Shown one piece after another: positions 9,809 through 20,873 of a stretch of DNA of 64,000 nucleotides (its first letter is position 1; each line of letters begins with the position of its first letter). A model generated the notes under the pieces. The model was not told the origin of the DNA. It worked only from the letters and a program-made list of their open reading frames with translations, and made no database searches. Both the position numbers and the translations under genes were made by a program. Where the stretch lies: contig JAUFOR010000004.1 of the NCBI GenBank assembly GCA_040285745.1, forward strand, positions 310,001-374,000. The letters run 5' to 3'. The stretch is from Barthelona sp. PCE. Its lineage: Eukaryota.

Positions 9809-12800
9809 ATGCCTCATTACACCAGGGAGATACGAAATTCACCACGTCTAAATATCACAGGACTTCAGCTTCCCGATATAAAAGCTTCATCTTTTGATGA
9901 GCTGCAGAAGAAACTCAACTTAAAGGTCAGAAAGATCGATGAGAACCTCAGTAGGCTTCCGGAAGTTAAGGGATTTATTGTACAACCTGCACCAAAAGAG
10001 GATTCTGAGAAATCAATTTCTGAACCTGAAGTAGAAGTAGTTAAATCGACTGACATCAACGACATATCCGATATAGACTTTAGTGATTCCATCACAGAGA
10101 CAGATTTCATGCATACAAGTCGCCCTAGTTCATATACTCATACCGAATATCCAGAATATGTTATGCATGTTCCAGAAGAACTAGATGCTATCCATGAGTT
10201 CTCAGAGTTCTCCACTGACATGCTTGGCGGGTCTTCAGAGCTATCCTCAGACGAATTGGTAGATGACGGCACTTTCCCGGGTTTGCCAAACAGTATGTCA
10301 CCAATGATAACCCCAGTCCCGATACATGCATATGACTCGGACCTTGAGAATGGCATCATCTTCGAGGACATCATCAATGAAGTGTCGGATCTAAGCGAAG
10401 ATGATATCAGACCAGTAGGAATACAAAGAGACTATCTGCATCATATCACACCCATGACGACCCCAGTTGTAACAAAGATCAGTGCGGCGCGCCTGTTTGA
10501 GGGGTACTGGAACACGCCAATGCAATACAAACGGATTAATAGAGAGATTGATCGTTTAAAGATTAGTTTGCAGGAGGAAGCAAAAGAGTATAAAATGGAT
10601 AACAGGATAGCATTGGGTGTGGTTGATCTGGCAAAGAGCTTCAATGCCGCGCAAAAGATTTCGAAACGAATTACCAAAGATGACCTTAGACTGAATGAAG
10701 CAAGTAAGTTTATAAAGGATTTCTTCAATAAGCGGAAGAAGGAGCGGAAGAAGCGTATTAGCCAACGGAAGAAGAGGTTTAGCGCTCCGATAAAGCAGAA
10801 CCAGCAGTTCGGTGGAGTTTCAGAGCGGAAAAGGCGGTTCTCAATAGAATCGACAACATCCCTTGCTTCAAACGCTACACAGGCTTCACAGGCACAATTT
10901 TCGGAGCTGGGCATCCCAACTATCATCCGCAATGATGGTTCTTTGATGCCTCTTTCCAACTTCACAAAATCGGGTAATACTGAAGGAGAGGGTGTTTTAG
11001 CTGATTTGGGTGTGATACCGGAACAACCACATAACCGTATATCACCTTTGCCCGGTTCAGACAGGCGGCAGAGTATGATGGTCAAGAGAGCTCACGAGCT
11101 CAAGAACGCAAACGATGAGAAATTTGAACAATTGTTAAAAAAAGTTTCAACAACTGGTTCTCAGCTTTCAGGCCTCTCTCGCTCGTCGTCGTCGACATCT
11201 GTACAAAGCAATACAACAAACACGACTGCTGATGAAGACGGGAACATATACTCTATTGGATCGATCAGAAATTTGCTCGGCGTACAAAAGAAGAAGGAAC
11301 GCCCTAAATCGACCCTCAACTATGATCTGGAAGAAGGGTCCTATGACTACACCAAAGAACTGGGTTTCTTCAGCGATAGTGATAGTGATGCACTGCGTGA
11401 ACTCCTAGAAGAGCAGGAAGCACAGCGTGAGCAGGAGGAGGAGATGCTTGAGGAGGAGGATATGGAAAGGAAGCAGGCTGAGTTGGCTAGAATTAAGGAT
11501 CTTATCGCTGCGGCCAAGGAGAAGATTGATTTCGCGAGTATTTTGCCTGAATACGACGAGGATACAGGGTATGGTGCCGAGAATATTGGATTTTTAAAGC
11601 ACTCAAAGGTTCAAATCACTCGACATGCCTTGCAAATCTTATCGACTGAGGTATCGTCATTGACCACTCCATCGGGTGATATTTTCCCGATGGTAGATGA
11701 GCGCACGTCGCTTGAGCGCGCATCCAAGCTTCCACGAATCAAGGGAGCAAAGAGAGCAGCGTGGGAACCCCCCATAAACGTCAAAAACTCGTTTAAACAG
11801 TGCATTAATCGCTCTCTCGTCGCCATGGGTCTTGAGTTTGACGACTTTGACTTCCTTGATGAGGATGGTAGCAAACATCTGGAGAGGTTATTTGAGTTGG
11901 CTGGTCGGTCAAACAGTCCCTTGCAATCGCCTTCGTCGCCACGTGGCGGGTTCACCACCTCAGACCTGTCAGATACACAGCTGGATCTTCCTCCAGTAAT
12001 GAACACTAACGATTTTCTGCAGTGGGAAGTTTTTACACACTTTATGCCTGGTGCTTTCCATGATGATATGATTGAGAGCACACTGCTCATTGCAAAACAG
12101 CAGCTTGACGATCGTATCATGAAATTTCGAAAATGTGAAATAGGGAGCAACAAAGGTAAGTCAAAACTACTTGTTCCTCTAACAACTGAAAATCACGGTA
12201 TCCTCACGGTTGCCCCCACGGTTTCCAACTCTGGTATGGCGACCCCAAGCATTTCACTGAGCCGTCATTCGTCTTTTGGTGATATTGATAGAATAGTGGA
12301 TAGATCATATAGTAGAAGCTCAAGCGGAACGCTGGAAATATCTATACCAAGTGGTAGCCGACCAACATCACCGTTTAATGGAAATGCGGGGTTGTCACAG
12401 TATTCAACAGCATTTTCAGACAATAGTAGCCGGTTGGAAGACTTTGATGACGACGATTACATTGAGTGTCTATCTGATTCGGAATACTATGAGCTGCGCA
12501 AACACGACTACTCTGTTAAGATTGATCGTATAGATGGACAAGTTAGCGTTGATTTTTCACTAAACTATAATCCTCAAATGGAGTTCTTGTATGATGACTG
12601 CGCTTTCCGCTCGCGTGTGAAAGGCATCATCATCAAGACGCTGCTTGAGGACCGTTGGACGAATAGACATTTTGCATTCATCAGTAACACGCTTGTCCAG
12701 ATCAATTTTAACGATCTTACACCTATGCAGCTTCAAATGTTCAACACGGGTGTATTCAGCCCCATCATATACCGTGCTCAGACTGGAAATGCTTTGTTCT

Positions 12801-15800
12801 TTCCACCACTAAAATTCAACGTGCTGCTACGGAGAAAAGGTATCATCCAAGCTGGAACACTTTTTGAGCACAAAGCAAAGGAGAAAACACCGTCTCGCGT
12901 TGTCTTACCACAGTTCTCTGTCCAGAAGCAGGCGTCGCTTGTTGTCATGCACTCTAATAGTGAGTTCGAAACTGACCAATCGTTTATGCAGAAGTTGAAG
13001 AGCTCAACTAACAGGCGCCTCAGCATCAGGCGCTCGTCAAATATTTTCGATACTCTCACAGACTTTTCATCTTCAGAATACTCGGGCCAGCCTCAACTAT
13101 CCAAGCTACAACGTCTCGCCCGCTCATCACGTGCCGACATAGACGATTGGGATTCCAATGAGATGGATCAGTACAGGACTGCTGCACTTAACTTTGGAAG
13201 CATTGGTTTGAAAGACCCTAAAGCATTGAACAGTGAGTATATCACACTGATTGAGCTGGGCCAATCTGCGTTTCAGTCAGGAGATTTCGTATTGGCGCTG
13301 CGGTACCTCATCCAATCTATTGGCAACGTTCCCGAACGTTGGGAGGGGTTCATGATCCGTGGTTCCTTGCTTTATTGTTTCAGTTTGCTTGACCATGCAC
13401 TCAGTGACTTCCAACTTGTTGCCGAGATGATATCACATATACTGGACGTGAAGAAGTTTGATCTGACAATGGCTGAGTCTCACAACCTCCGCATAAACCT
13501 GTCCGAGGCGTACTGGCGTATCTTCCAGATTAACAAGGAGAAACTTTCGGATAAAGAGCAAATTGACCTACTGAAATTTGTTTGCGGAACAAATATCAAA
13601 CATCATTGTGCACGAATGAACCTGATCAGGTTGTTTTCAAAAGCAGATATGATTAATAACGCCGTTGCACATGCCAAAGTAGGCATTGATAATAGCGATA
13701 ACGATCTGTTTATCAAACTTAATTATGCCATCGTGACCAGTATGTTTGTTAAATCCGACTATAACTTTTCACATCTGCTCAAGGTGTTCCGTTCGTTGTA
13801 CTATAATGTTCGAAAAGATATCAAAAAAAACTTCTTTGACAGATCAATGTATAATGGAGAATCTCTACTTCGAATCATGATGGCAATCAAGCTCATGGTC
13901 TTCCACACACAGGTGTGTCTCTCTAAAAGTATTTTTGAATTGAGTTTTGAGTTACTAAAAAGTATTTTTGATTTTATGGATTTTTTTAATTCTTTCATCA
14001 CCAAATATGAACGTGGAAAGGTTAAGTTCAAGCTGGAGGATGTCGTGTTTGAGAGCTTCAAGTGCAACTGGGAATCAATTATAGAGAAAGAAATCAAATT
14101 ATTCAATATATGTCATATTTTCTTTTCTTTCGCCAGTATCATGGCACAACAAGACGAAACAAAAACTCGCATCAAGCAGCAGGCATTCAAGGCTCACCAG
14201 GCAATGATAAACCTGAAAATTACTGACGCCCAGATGCACAAGATCATGACAGACAGTTTTTGCACACACCCTGTTCTATTTAGAAAGGATCAGCTCTGGA
14301 AGTATATATTCCAGGACCCGGACCTGGTCAGGTTCTTAGATACATTAAAGAAACCCTTGCCGCCTGCCGCGTTTGACCATCTGTTTTTAGTTGCAGACAA
14401 TAGTGTAGACCAAAGTATGGTTGCCTTGGTCAGGTCTATCATGGCTCTTTCTTCGTCCCTGATTATCTGTTATGGTGTTCGTGCATTACTGGATAGCGTC
14501 CGGTTTTTTTCAGGTTTTGCCTTCAACAAGAGCATTGCTGAAAATTTTGAATATCAACACAATATGTCAAGTATCACAGCGTCCTCTGAGGGGTCCTCTG
14601 ATTACGGCCATGGGATTTCGTTTTCGAGTCAGGCAGCGTCGGTCTCTGATTTTAACAAGTTGTTGGAAGAGACTATTGTTGAGAACTATGGTATTCCTGA
14701 TTCTCAGAATGAAGTTTTGAAGAGTACAATTTCCAATATGAACATATTTTCTATCCTTTCATGTGCTACAACACATTATCTACTGCGACAATTACGTAAG
14801 GCAAGTGCAAACTTATTTTCTATTCCCTTGAGCTCGTTTTTTGAGGACAAGGGTGCACATTTTGACCACTATCTACCTTCTTTGACACTTCCTGCTAGAA
14901 AATTCTTTCCTTCTGCTGAATTTCGAGAAATCGCTACGAAGTTGAGTAGTTCAGAAGAATACAGATTCCTTGGTAGTGTATTTTCAAGAATGCATGATCA
15001 TTTCGAACGATTTTTTAATCGTCTAATTTCATACGGTCAGCAAATCATTAATGAAGAAAGTATCCCGGATCCTTTACCCAATGAACTTCTTTTCTACCCT
15101 TATTCAATGTTGAAGCTCTCTTTACCGGACAAATTTGAATTTTATAATAACAATTTGCACATAATTCGGATGCCCTGGACATACAGTGTCTTTGCTGACT
15201 TTTACATTCGTAATCATGGTAATAACCACATTCAAAAGTGTCCAATTTCTAATGCTGAACGTCTAACTCGATTGCTCCCAGAGAATGGCATCTTATGGAT
15301 CATGCTTCTTCGACTACAAGCTCTAGATGGTCGTCAAGCTGCTCGTGAAAGTGAGGAGTCATTCACAAAATTCTTAACCAAAGTGGGATACATTCTTTTC
15401 ATTGTACTGAAGATCAAGACAACGACTGCACCTGACGAGAAGAGTGTACCAATTGAGGTGTTTAGTTATCTTCGACTGCGAACTATGGAACTCCTGCCTT
15501 ATCTTTTCACTGGGCAGCAGAAGAGGGCGCTTGATAGTGGCTCAGAAATGCTAAAATCCTTACTCAAATTCAGATCTTATTTTAAAGGAAAACAGAATGA
15601 TTTGTTCTATACGCTAATTTTTAAGATATGCAACCAGCTCGGACTGGCTGCCGCTGAGATCGGTGAATTCCAACGCGCTATCAAGTACTATGAGACCGCA
15701 TTGCGTTACTGTGGAAACCCATCTAAGTTTTTAAATATTGTCATCCGTGAATGTAGGTTGTTAATTGAAAGAAACGCCTTTGTTGAATGCCTAAACATCC

Positions 15801-18505
15801 TTCGGAAGCACCAGAAGCAGTTTTCAGGTGATATCCGATTCAAGTTCTTCAGGGCCTTGTGCTATTTCAAGCTTAAAGATTTTGAGGAGGCAAAAAAGTA
15901 TATCACATTGGTTTTGGAGCTTGCGCATGGCCCTACGCACAACCTCCTCGCAGATAACTCTGACTATGATCTTATGAAAACATGTTACAGTGTCTGCAAA
16001 TCCATCCAAGCGTACATCTACCTCATGGAGAATAAGATTGATCTAGCAAGTGTAGCAACCCTCAACTCGGTCAAGTTTGTCAATTGGACGACCCTGGACC
16101 TTCTGAGCGTCAAGTTCATGGCGCTGCAGTTTGAGATGTTCTTGAGATCACGTGCCTTTTACAAGCACTCAGCTTTGCTGCTCAAGAGCCTTTCACATGT
16201 GTACAGCAACATCAACGAGAGTAATTTCATGGAGGCGCGTCTGTTGAGACGCGTTTTGCTGTTGAGGACATCATCGTTTCTAACAACATTCAAAACGAGC
16301 TGCATGCTGAATTCATCCTATCTTAACTATTTTGACATTTTCAGTGACGGGAAGACGAAGAGCAGCAAAAGCATGGTGAAACAGGCCTCCATAACTAGCT
16401 TGAATATGATTGATCTTGCTGAAAAGATCGAGTTAGAGAATCAGCGCAACACAGTTAGTGTTAACTATTTTCAGAACAAGGATGTGATTGAGTGCATCCG
16501 CGACGAACTGTTGCAGTTGCTCCAGCTCCGTAAGAGGTTAGACTTTGAGGAGCACCATGATTGGATGATTGAGTTTAACCTAGTTTTGGTCTACGCTTTC
16601 AATAAGAATCATATACAGTCGTTTTCACACTGTATCAGGTTAATAGACCTCACTTTCTCCCCTTATGAGCGACAACGTGTTGTTGAGCTTCTGATATATC
16701 TTTGCATTTCGTTTTTCGAACACGTAAAAATGTTACCGAAGTATCAAAAGGAAATGCTGCGGGCGCTCAGGGATGTCTCTAAGCGGAGTATATACGTCCC
16801 TCACATCGATAACGGTCTTATTTCGTCTGCGTTTTTTGACATCTCGAAGTTCATTTCGACTGCCGATATACGTGTGTTACTGCGACTAGTGCAGCGGTTC
16901 TACATCATGGACCCAACAAACCCAATTGTTAACCAGCAGCTTGCTATTTTATTGCAATCCATGCAGAAGTATCAACTATCAAACACTTTTGCACGGTCGG
17001 CTGAGCTGGCACAATGTATAAGAATGGGACAATCACTCAAACAGCCCAAAAAGAAGAAGAAGAAAAGAGTGAAATCAAGCGCACCTTCTTCCGCTTCTTC
17101 ATCAAGATCAACCACCCCAAAAAGAAACGGTTTTCGTCGCAAATCACCCGGTATGGGTAACCGTCTGCCTTCTCGTCTTTTTAACGGTACACCCATCTAC
17201 AGGTTCCACTCCCCGGCTTCCATGACTTTTGGACGAAAATCTGGTGGCCGTCAACTGCAGTCTGCTGTTAAACGCGCCATCATCAAAAAAGAGGCAGAAC
17301 CTGCACGCACGAAGTTCATTAGAAGAAACAGTGCCGGCACCAAACCGAAGGCGAAGAAGAAAAGAAGTAGGCCAGCATATGTCCTTAAACCAAGTATCAC
17401 TGGATATGAGCTTATTCCATCGTTCGATATGGTCGTCAATAAGATCAGTATCAGTGCCAAGCACCTGGATCTGTTCCACTTGGCGCTATTTGCACATCGA
17501 ACTCAGAACATTTTAAGTGTTAAATTTTCTAGCGAGGCTCGTAAGGCGATCGAATTCAGCTCATTGTTGAAGTGTTATACGCTCCTCGCGTTGACGTCTG
17601 GTATCCAGCGTGGTTTCACGTCCATGCTGGGAACAACGACTGATAGCATTCACGAGTTAAAAGTGAAAAGAAGCAGGGTATTTGCATCAGCGATGGCTGC
17701 AGCCATTCAGTTCTTCCAATTTGGTGACATGAACGGGGCCATCGAGTGCTCTCTGGATTTATGGGAAAAACGGCGTACGTTTGGCGTTGATTTCCAACTC
17801 GTAGGGTACATTCTCATTGTTTTCTTCAATGCGGTCATTAGCTTACATCGTCGGCTCCACATAGCCAACAAACAGTCGTCGGAACTGACGAACAAGTTGG
17901 CATATACACATGAGTGCTTCGATAAAGGATTTCAGATGTTTGAGTTTTTCCTCATTGAATCAAGCGAACAAGCTCTCGTCATCAAACCTACATTGTTGTT
18001 GAACCTGTGGCACATGGTTGCGCTTGGAAATTTCTGCTTAGGGAATTATATTGAGGCTTATTCAGGGATGGCACAGATTGCAAAGGTAAAATTCGTCAAC
18101 CTTGGTTTTAAGCGTTTTCCATTTCACTTTTATCAGGCGGTAGCACATAACATGACCATTGTATCCACCATATTGCTAAAATCTAACTCATTAACACTGT
18201 TTAAGTACAACGTCAACCGTGGCTTCGTTGATTTGCGCGATGTCTCACTCATTCGTTTACTTGCAGGGCATGTAAGTGAGATATTGAAGGAGAATGCAAA
18301 TCGCAAGGGATTCAAAGGGGATATCGAGCGAATTATTAAAAAGGAGTACATTGAACTATTGGTGTTTTCGGATTTGCTGGATATCGAACTGGATACACAT
18401 AAAAAACCCATGGTTGTACTATCAAACCTTGGAATTAGACACAGAACATTGCAATTGTTGGAAGATTTGCATAAAAACAATGGCAAAAACAATCAAGAAA
18501 AGTAA
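9809..18505 (+). CDS. Giant 2898-aa protein with an acidic/Ser-rich disordered N-terminus and TPR-like helical repeats
   Basis: Uninterrupted 8.7-kb ORF. TPR-like units include LIELGQSAFQSGDFVLALRYL, NQLGLAAAEIGEFQRAIKYYETAL and FFRALCYFKLKDFEEAKKYI. It also has basic poly-K patches. Confidence 0.65.
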   Translation: MPHYTREIRNSPRLNITGLQLPDIKASSFDELQKKLNLKVRKIDENLSRLPEVKGFIVQPAPKEDSEKSISEPEVEVVKSTDINDISDIDFSDSITETDFMHTSRPSSYTHTEYPEYVMHVPEELDAIHEFSEFSTDMLGGSSELSSDELVDDGTFPGLPNSMSPMITPVPIHAYDSDLENGIIFEDIINEVSDLSEDDIRPVGIQRDYLHHITPMTTPVVTKISAARLFEGYWNTPMQYKRINREIDRLKISLQEEAKEYKMDNRIALGVVDLAKSFNAAQKISKRITKDDLRLNEASKFIKDFFNKRKKERKKRISQRKKRFSAPIKQNQQFGGVSERKRRFSIESTTSLASNATQASQAQFSELGIPTIIRNDGSLMPLSNFTKSGNTEGEGVLADLGVIPEQPHNRISPLPGSDRRQSMMVKRAHELKNANDEKFEQLLKKVSTTGSQLSGLSRSSSSTSVQSNTTNTTADEDGNIYSIGSIRNLLGVQKKKERPKSTLNYDLEEGSYDYTKELGFFSDSDSDALRELLEEQEAQREQEEEMLEEEDMERKQAELARIKDLIAAAKEKIDFASILPEYDEDTGYGAENIGFLKHSKVQITRHALQILSTEVSSLTTPSGDIFPMVDERTSLERASKLPRIKGAKRAAWEPPINVKNSFKQCINRSLVAMGLEFDDFDFLDEDGSKHLERLFELAGRSNSPLQSPSSPRGGFTTSDLSDTQLDLPPVMNTNDFLQWEVFTHFMPGAFHDDMIESTLLIAKQQLDDRIMKFRKCEIGSNKGKSKLLVPLTTENHGILTVAPTVSNSGMATPSISLSRHSSFGDIDRIVDRSYSRSSSGTLEISIPSGSRPTSPFNGNAGLSQYSTAFSDNSSRLEDFDDDDYIECLSDSEYYELRKHDYSVKIDRIDGQVSVDFSLNYNPQMEFLYDDCAFRSRVKGIIIKTLLEDRWTNRHFAFISNTLVQINFNDLTPMQLQMFNTGVFSPIIYRAQTGNALFFPPLKFNVLLRRKGIIQAGTLFEHKAKEKTPSRVVLPQFSVQKQASLVVMHSNSEFETDQSFMQKLKSSTNRRLSIRRSSNIFDTLTDFSSSEYSGQPQLSKLQRLARSSRADIDDWDSNEMDQYRTAALNFGSIGLKDPKALNSEYITLIELGQSAFQSGDFVLALRYLIQSIGNVPERWEGFMIRGSLLYCFSLLDHALSDFQLVAEMISHILDVKKFDLTMAESHNLRINLSEAYWRIFQINKEKLSDKEQIDLLKFVCGTNIKHHCARMNLIRLFSKADMINNAVAHAKVGIDNSDNDLFIKLNYAIVTSMFVKSDYNFSHLLKVFRSLYYNVRKDIKKNFFDRSMYNGESLLRIMMAIKLMVFHTQVCLSKSIFELSFELLKSIFDFMDFFNSFITKYERGKVKFKLEDVVFESFKCNWESIIEKEIKLFNICHIFFSFASIMAQQDETKTRIKQQAFKAHQAMINLKITDAQMHKIMTDSFCTHPVLFRKDQLWKYIFQDPDLVRFLDTLKKPLPPAAFDHLFLVADNSVDQSMVALVRSIMALSSSLIICYGVRALLDSVRFFSGFAFNKSIAENFEYQHNMSSITASSEGSSDYGHGISFSSQAASVSDFNKLLEETIVENYGIPDSQNEVLKSTISNMNIFSILSCATTHYLLRQLRKASANLFSIPLSSFFEDKGAHFDHYLPSLTLPARKFFPSAEFREIATKLSSSEEYRFLGSVFSRMHDHFERFFNRLISYGQQIINEESIPDPLPNELLFYPYSMLKLSLPDKFEFYNNNLHIIRMPWTYSVFADFYIRNHGNNHIQKCPISNAERLTRLLPENGILWIMLLRLQALDGRQAARESEESFTKFLTKVGYILFIVLKIKTTTAPDEKSVPIEVFSYLRLRTMELLPYLFTGQQKRALDSGSEMLKSLLKFRSYFKGKQNDLFYTLIFKICNQLGLAAAEIGEFQRAIKYYETALRYCGNPSKFLNIVIRECRLLIERNAFVECLNILRKHQKQFSGDIRFKFFRALCYFKLKDFEEAKKYITLVLELAHGPTHNLLADNSDYDLMKTCYSVCKSIQAYIYLMENKIDLASVATLNSVKFVNWTTLDLLSVKFMALQFEMFLRSRAFYKHSALLLKSLSHVYSNINESNFMEARLLRRVLLLRTSSFLTTFKTSCMLNSSYLNYFDIFSDGKTKSSKSMVKQASITSLNMIDLAEKIELENQRNTVSVNYFQNKDVIECIRDELLQLLQLRKRLDFEEHHDWMIEFNLVLVYAFNKNHIQSFSHCIRLIDLTFSPYERQRVVELLIYLCISFFEHVKMLPKYQKEMLRALRDVSKRSIYVPHIDNGLISSAFFDISKFISTADIRVLLRLVQRFYIMDPTNPIVNQQLAILLQSMQKYQLSNTFARSAELAQCIRMGQSLKQPKKKKKKRVKSSAPSSASSSRSTTPKRNGFRRKSPGMGNRLPSRLFNGTPIYRFHSPASMTFGRKSGGRQLQSAVKRAIIKKEAEPARTKFIRRNSAGTKPKAKKKRSRPAYVLKPSITGYELIPSFDMVVNKISISAKHLDLFHLALFAHRTQNILSVKFSSEARKAIEFSSLLKCYTLLALTSGIQRGFTSMLGTTTDSIHELKVKRSRVFASAMAAAIQFFQFGDMNGAIECSLDLWEKRRTFGVDFQLVGYILIVFFNAVISLHRRLHIANKQSSELTNKLAYTHECFDKGFQMFEFFLIESSEQALVIKPTLLLNLWHMVALGNFCLGNYIEAYSGMAQIAKVKFVNLGFKRFPFHFYQAVAHNMTIVSTILLKSNSLTLFKYNVNRGFVDLRDVSLIRLLAGHVSEILKENANRKGFKGDIERIIKKEYIELLVFSDLLDIELDTHKKPMVVLSNLGIRHRTLQLLEDLHKNNGKNNQEK

Positions 18506-18506
18506 A
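18501..18506 (+). terminator. Representative putative polyadenylation signal AGTAAA overlapping a stop codon
   Basis: WGTAAA recurs at or near the stop of about 15 genes (see findings). Confidence 0.55.
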
Positions 18507-18543
18507 CATTAGTTTTATTCCTAGTACACTGACACAGATAATC

Positions 18544-20276
18544 TTAACGGTTACCCTTGTATACCTTAGGGGCGGGACCTGATGCGGCGGCGGCTCTGGC
18601 AGCGGCGGCACGTTGTTTAGCCTCGTTGGGATCGATGTTCTGGTTGGAAGAGGGGTTCTGTACTGTTTCATCAACGGAGAGGATCAGGGATGCGGCCTCT
18701 GTGGCAGCAGCAATGGCGTGCTTCTTAGAGTTGGCAGGTTCCCAGACATTGGCTTCAAAGGTGTTACAAACACCACCGTTGTTGATATCCACGCCGCACC
18801 AGTGCTCACCACTGAAGTGCTGTTCGCGGAGCTTGTTCAAAACGTCTGTGGGGTTAAAACCAGCATTCTCACAAAGCTGACGGGGGATAACCTCGAAAGC
18901 ACGAGCGAAAGCTGAAATAAGCAACTGGTTCTTACCCTTAATGGTGAGAGCGTGGGCACGAAGGCGCTTAGCAATCTCCATCTCAATGGCACCACCACCA
19001 GCAACAACTGTAGTGTTGTTGTAAGTGTGCTTAACGACACAAATAGCATCGTGCATGGACCTCTCGACCTCAGCAATGAATGCAGAAGCACCACCACGAA
19101 GGATGAATGTGAGAGCACCACCGGGACAACCGCGCAGAATCTCGACACGCTTTGAACCAATTTGCTTCTCATGGAAATCCTCGCAAGTTCCGAGAACGCT
19201 ATCATTAAGCTCGTTGACAGAGGACTGTAACTTACAACCTGTAGCAATACAAATGCGACGCATATCATCAGCGTTAACACGACCGGCACAGAAAATATCA
19301 TGATCGGCAAAGTACTGGGTAGCCAAATCACCAATGGGCTTCTGAGACAGAACAATGTTAGCACCTGAAGCTCTGATCTTATCGAGCTTATCATAGATAA
19401 CTTGCCATTCGGCCTCAACAACCTTCTGGTATTCCTCCATCGAGTTAACACGAATTTCAGCCTCGTTGCTCTCCTCCTTAAGCTCGAGCTCGACGTTGAG
19501 ACAGGCAATGGAAGGGTTAGCAAAGTGCTTGGGTTGTTGTTCGAAACCAGCATAAGAAAAAGTACGTTCGAAAGCACAACCATCAATTAGTTCGATATCT
19601 TCAAGAGAACCACCGGGGATCATCTTGACACCAATCTTATCGAGGTCACCGCCCTCAATGCGCTCGATAGCATCGACACAAAGAGAAGCGAGAGCATCTG
19701 AGTGAGAGGCAATCAACTTGGAGTTCATGGCGGTCTTAGCACATTTGATGAGGAGCTCACGCATTCTCTCAGCGTCGTCCTGGACAGAAATTGCAACGTC
19801 CTCAACGACATCAATAGCGAGTTGAGAAGCAATACGGTAAGCCTTGATAATAAGGTGAGGATGGACGTTATCTTCAATGAACTGCTTGGCTTGCTGAAGA
19901 AGGGAGCCGGCTAATAAGGTTACAGAGGTCGTACCGTCACCAATCTGGATGTCCTGTGAGTGCGCAACTTCAACAAGAGTTCTAGCTGCCGGATGAACGA
20001 CATCAAGCAGCTTGAGGAGTGTAGCGCCATCGTTAGTAACATGGACCTGTTGCTTTGTGCCCTTCTGACCAACATAGATAAGGGTATCCATACCACGAGG
20101 TCCGAGAGTTGTTTTGACAAGATCTACAAGTGCTTGTACACTGTTAATGTTGCTGATACACTGTGCTTTTCCTTGGGAAGTATCGGTTCCTTCTTTTAAA
20201 AGGATAATTCCTGAATATTAGTGTGAAAGCTCAACAATATAATGCGCAATACGCATAACATACCTGGATTCATCAT
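18544..20276 (-). CDS. CCT7: Chaperonin CCT/TRiC subunit eta; exons 20264-20276 and 18544-20210
   Basis: Spliced N-terminus MMNPGIILLKEGTDTSQG; TTLGPRGMD, TNDGAT, GDGTTSV, TFSYAGFEQQPK and ILSVDETV motifs. Confidence 0.93.
20211..20263 (-). other. Spliceosomal intron, 53 nt, phase 1 (CCT7)
   Basis: GTATGT...ACTAATATTCAG; removal gives an in-frame conserved N-terminus. Confidence 0.9.
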
Positions 20277-20413
20277 GTGATTAGGAAGGTAACCCTGTGG
20301 TTGCATTATTTCGTAGTTGCGGAGCAAAAGAAAAGGGAGAGATTACTGGTAACAAAAAAAACTGGTCTCCGTAAGTTTCTGTAACTTTTAAGTGTTTACA
20401 CGGATTGTAAATT

Positions 20414-20520
20414 ATATGTATAGTGGATTAAAGTTTGGCGCACAGCCAAATATATCCTTTATGTAGAAATTCATATTGTACATCCCTTTTTTCATTACAT
20501 ATTGAATATAACAGGATGAA
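20414..20520 (-). ncRNA. Candidate box H/ACA snoRNA
   Basis: On the minus strand: hairpin CATCC...GGATG, H box ACAATA (20474-20479), second hairpin GGAT/ATCC plus TTTGGC/GCCAAA, then ACA (20417-20419) 14 nt from the upper stem. Confidence 0.35.
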
Positions 20521-20873
20521 CGGCTATACCATAAGGATAAAACATCAATATAGGATGTTCATGACCATGAACTTGTCGATAATACCTTAAATACGAATAG
20601 TTGCGTTTTTTAAAAGCTTATCATCTTTAAACAATCTGATACTGTGTCTCATCACTCAATGCTGCATACCATTCATGAAAAACATAACTTGTGTACACTT
20701 AGTGCAGAAAATGCCGGCATCCCAACCAAATCATGAAAGCATCAAAAAAACTTCATATTGTTCACCTAAACCTAATTCTAAAGGTTGCAGTTAAAAATTG
20801 AGTATGCAAAAATGTGGATTCTCAATTTTTTCCCCCTTTCGATCAGTTTTTTACACTCCCCCACTCACACACA

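Noticed and set aside
18557-20199. Long antisense and alternate-frame ORFs over CCT7, RPS7 (26155-26766), NCAPG2 and DLEC1
   Set aside because: These are shadows of strong codon bias in real genes and show no independent motifs.
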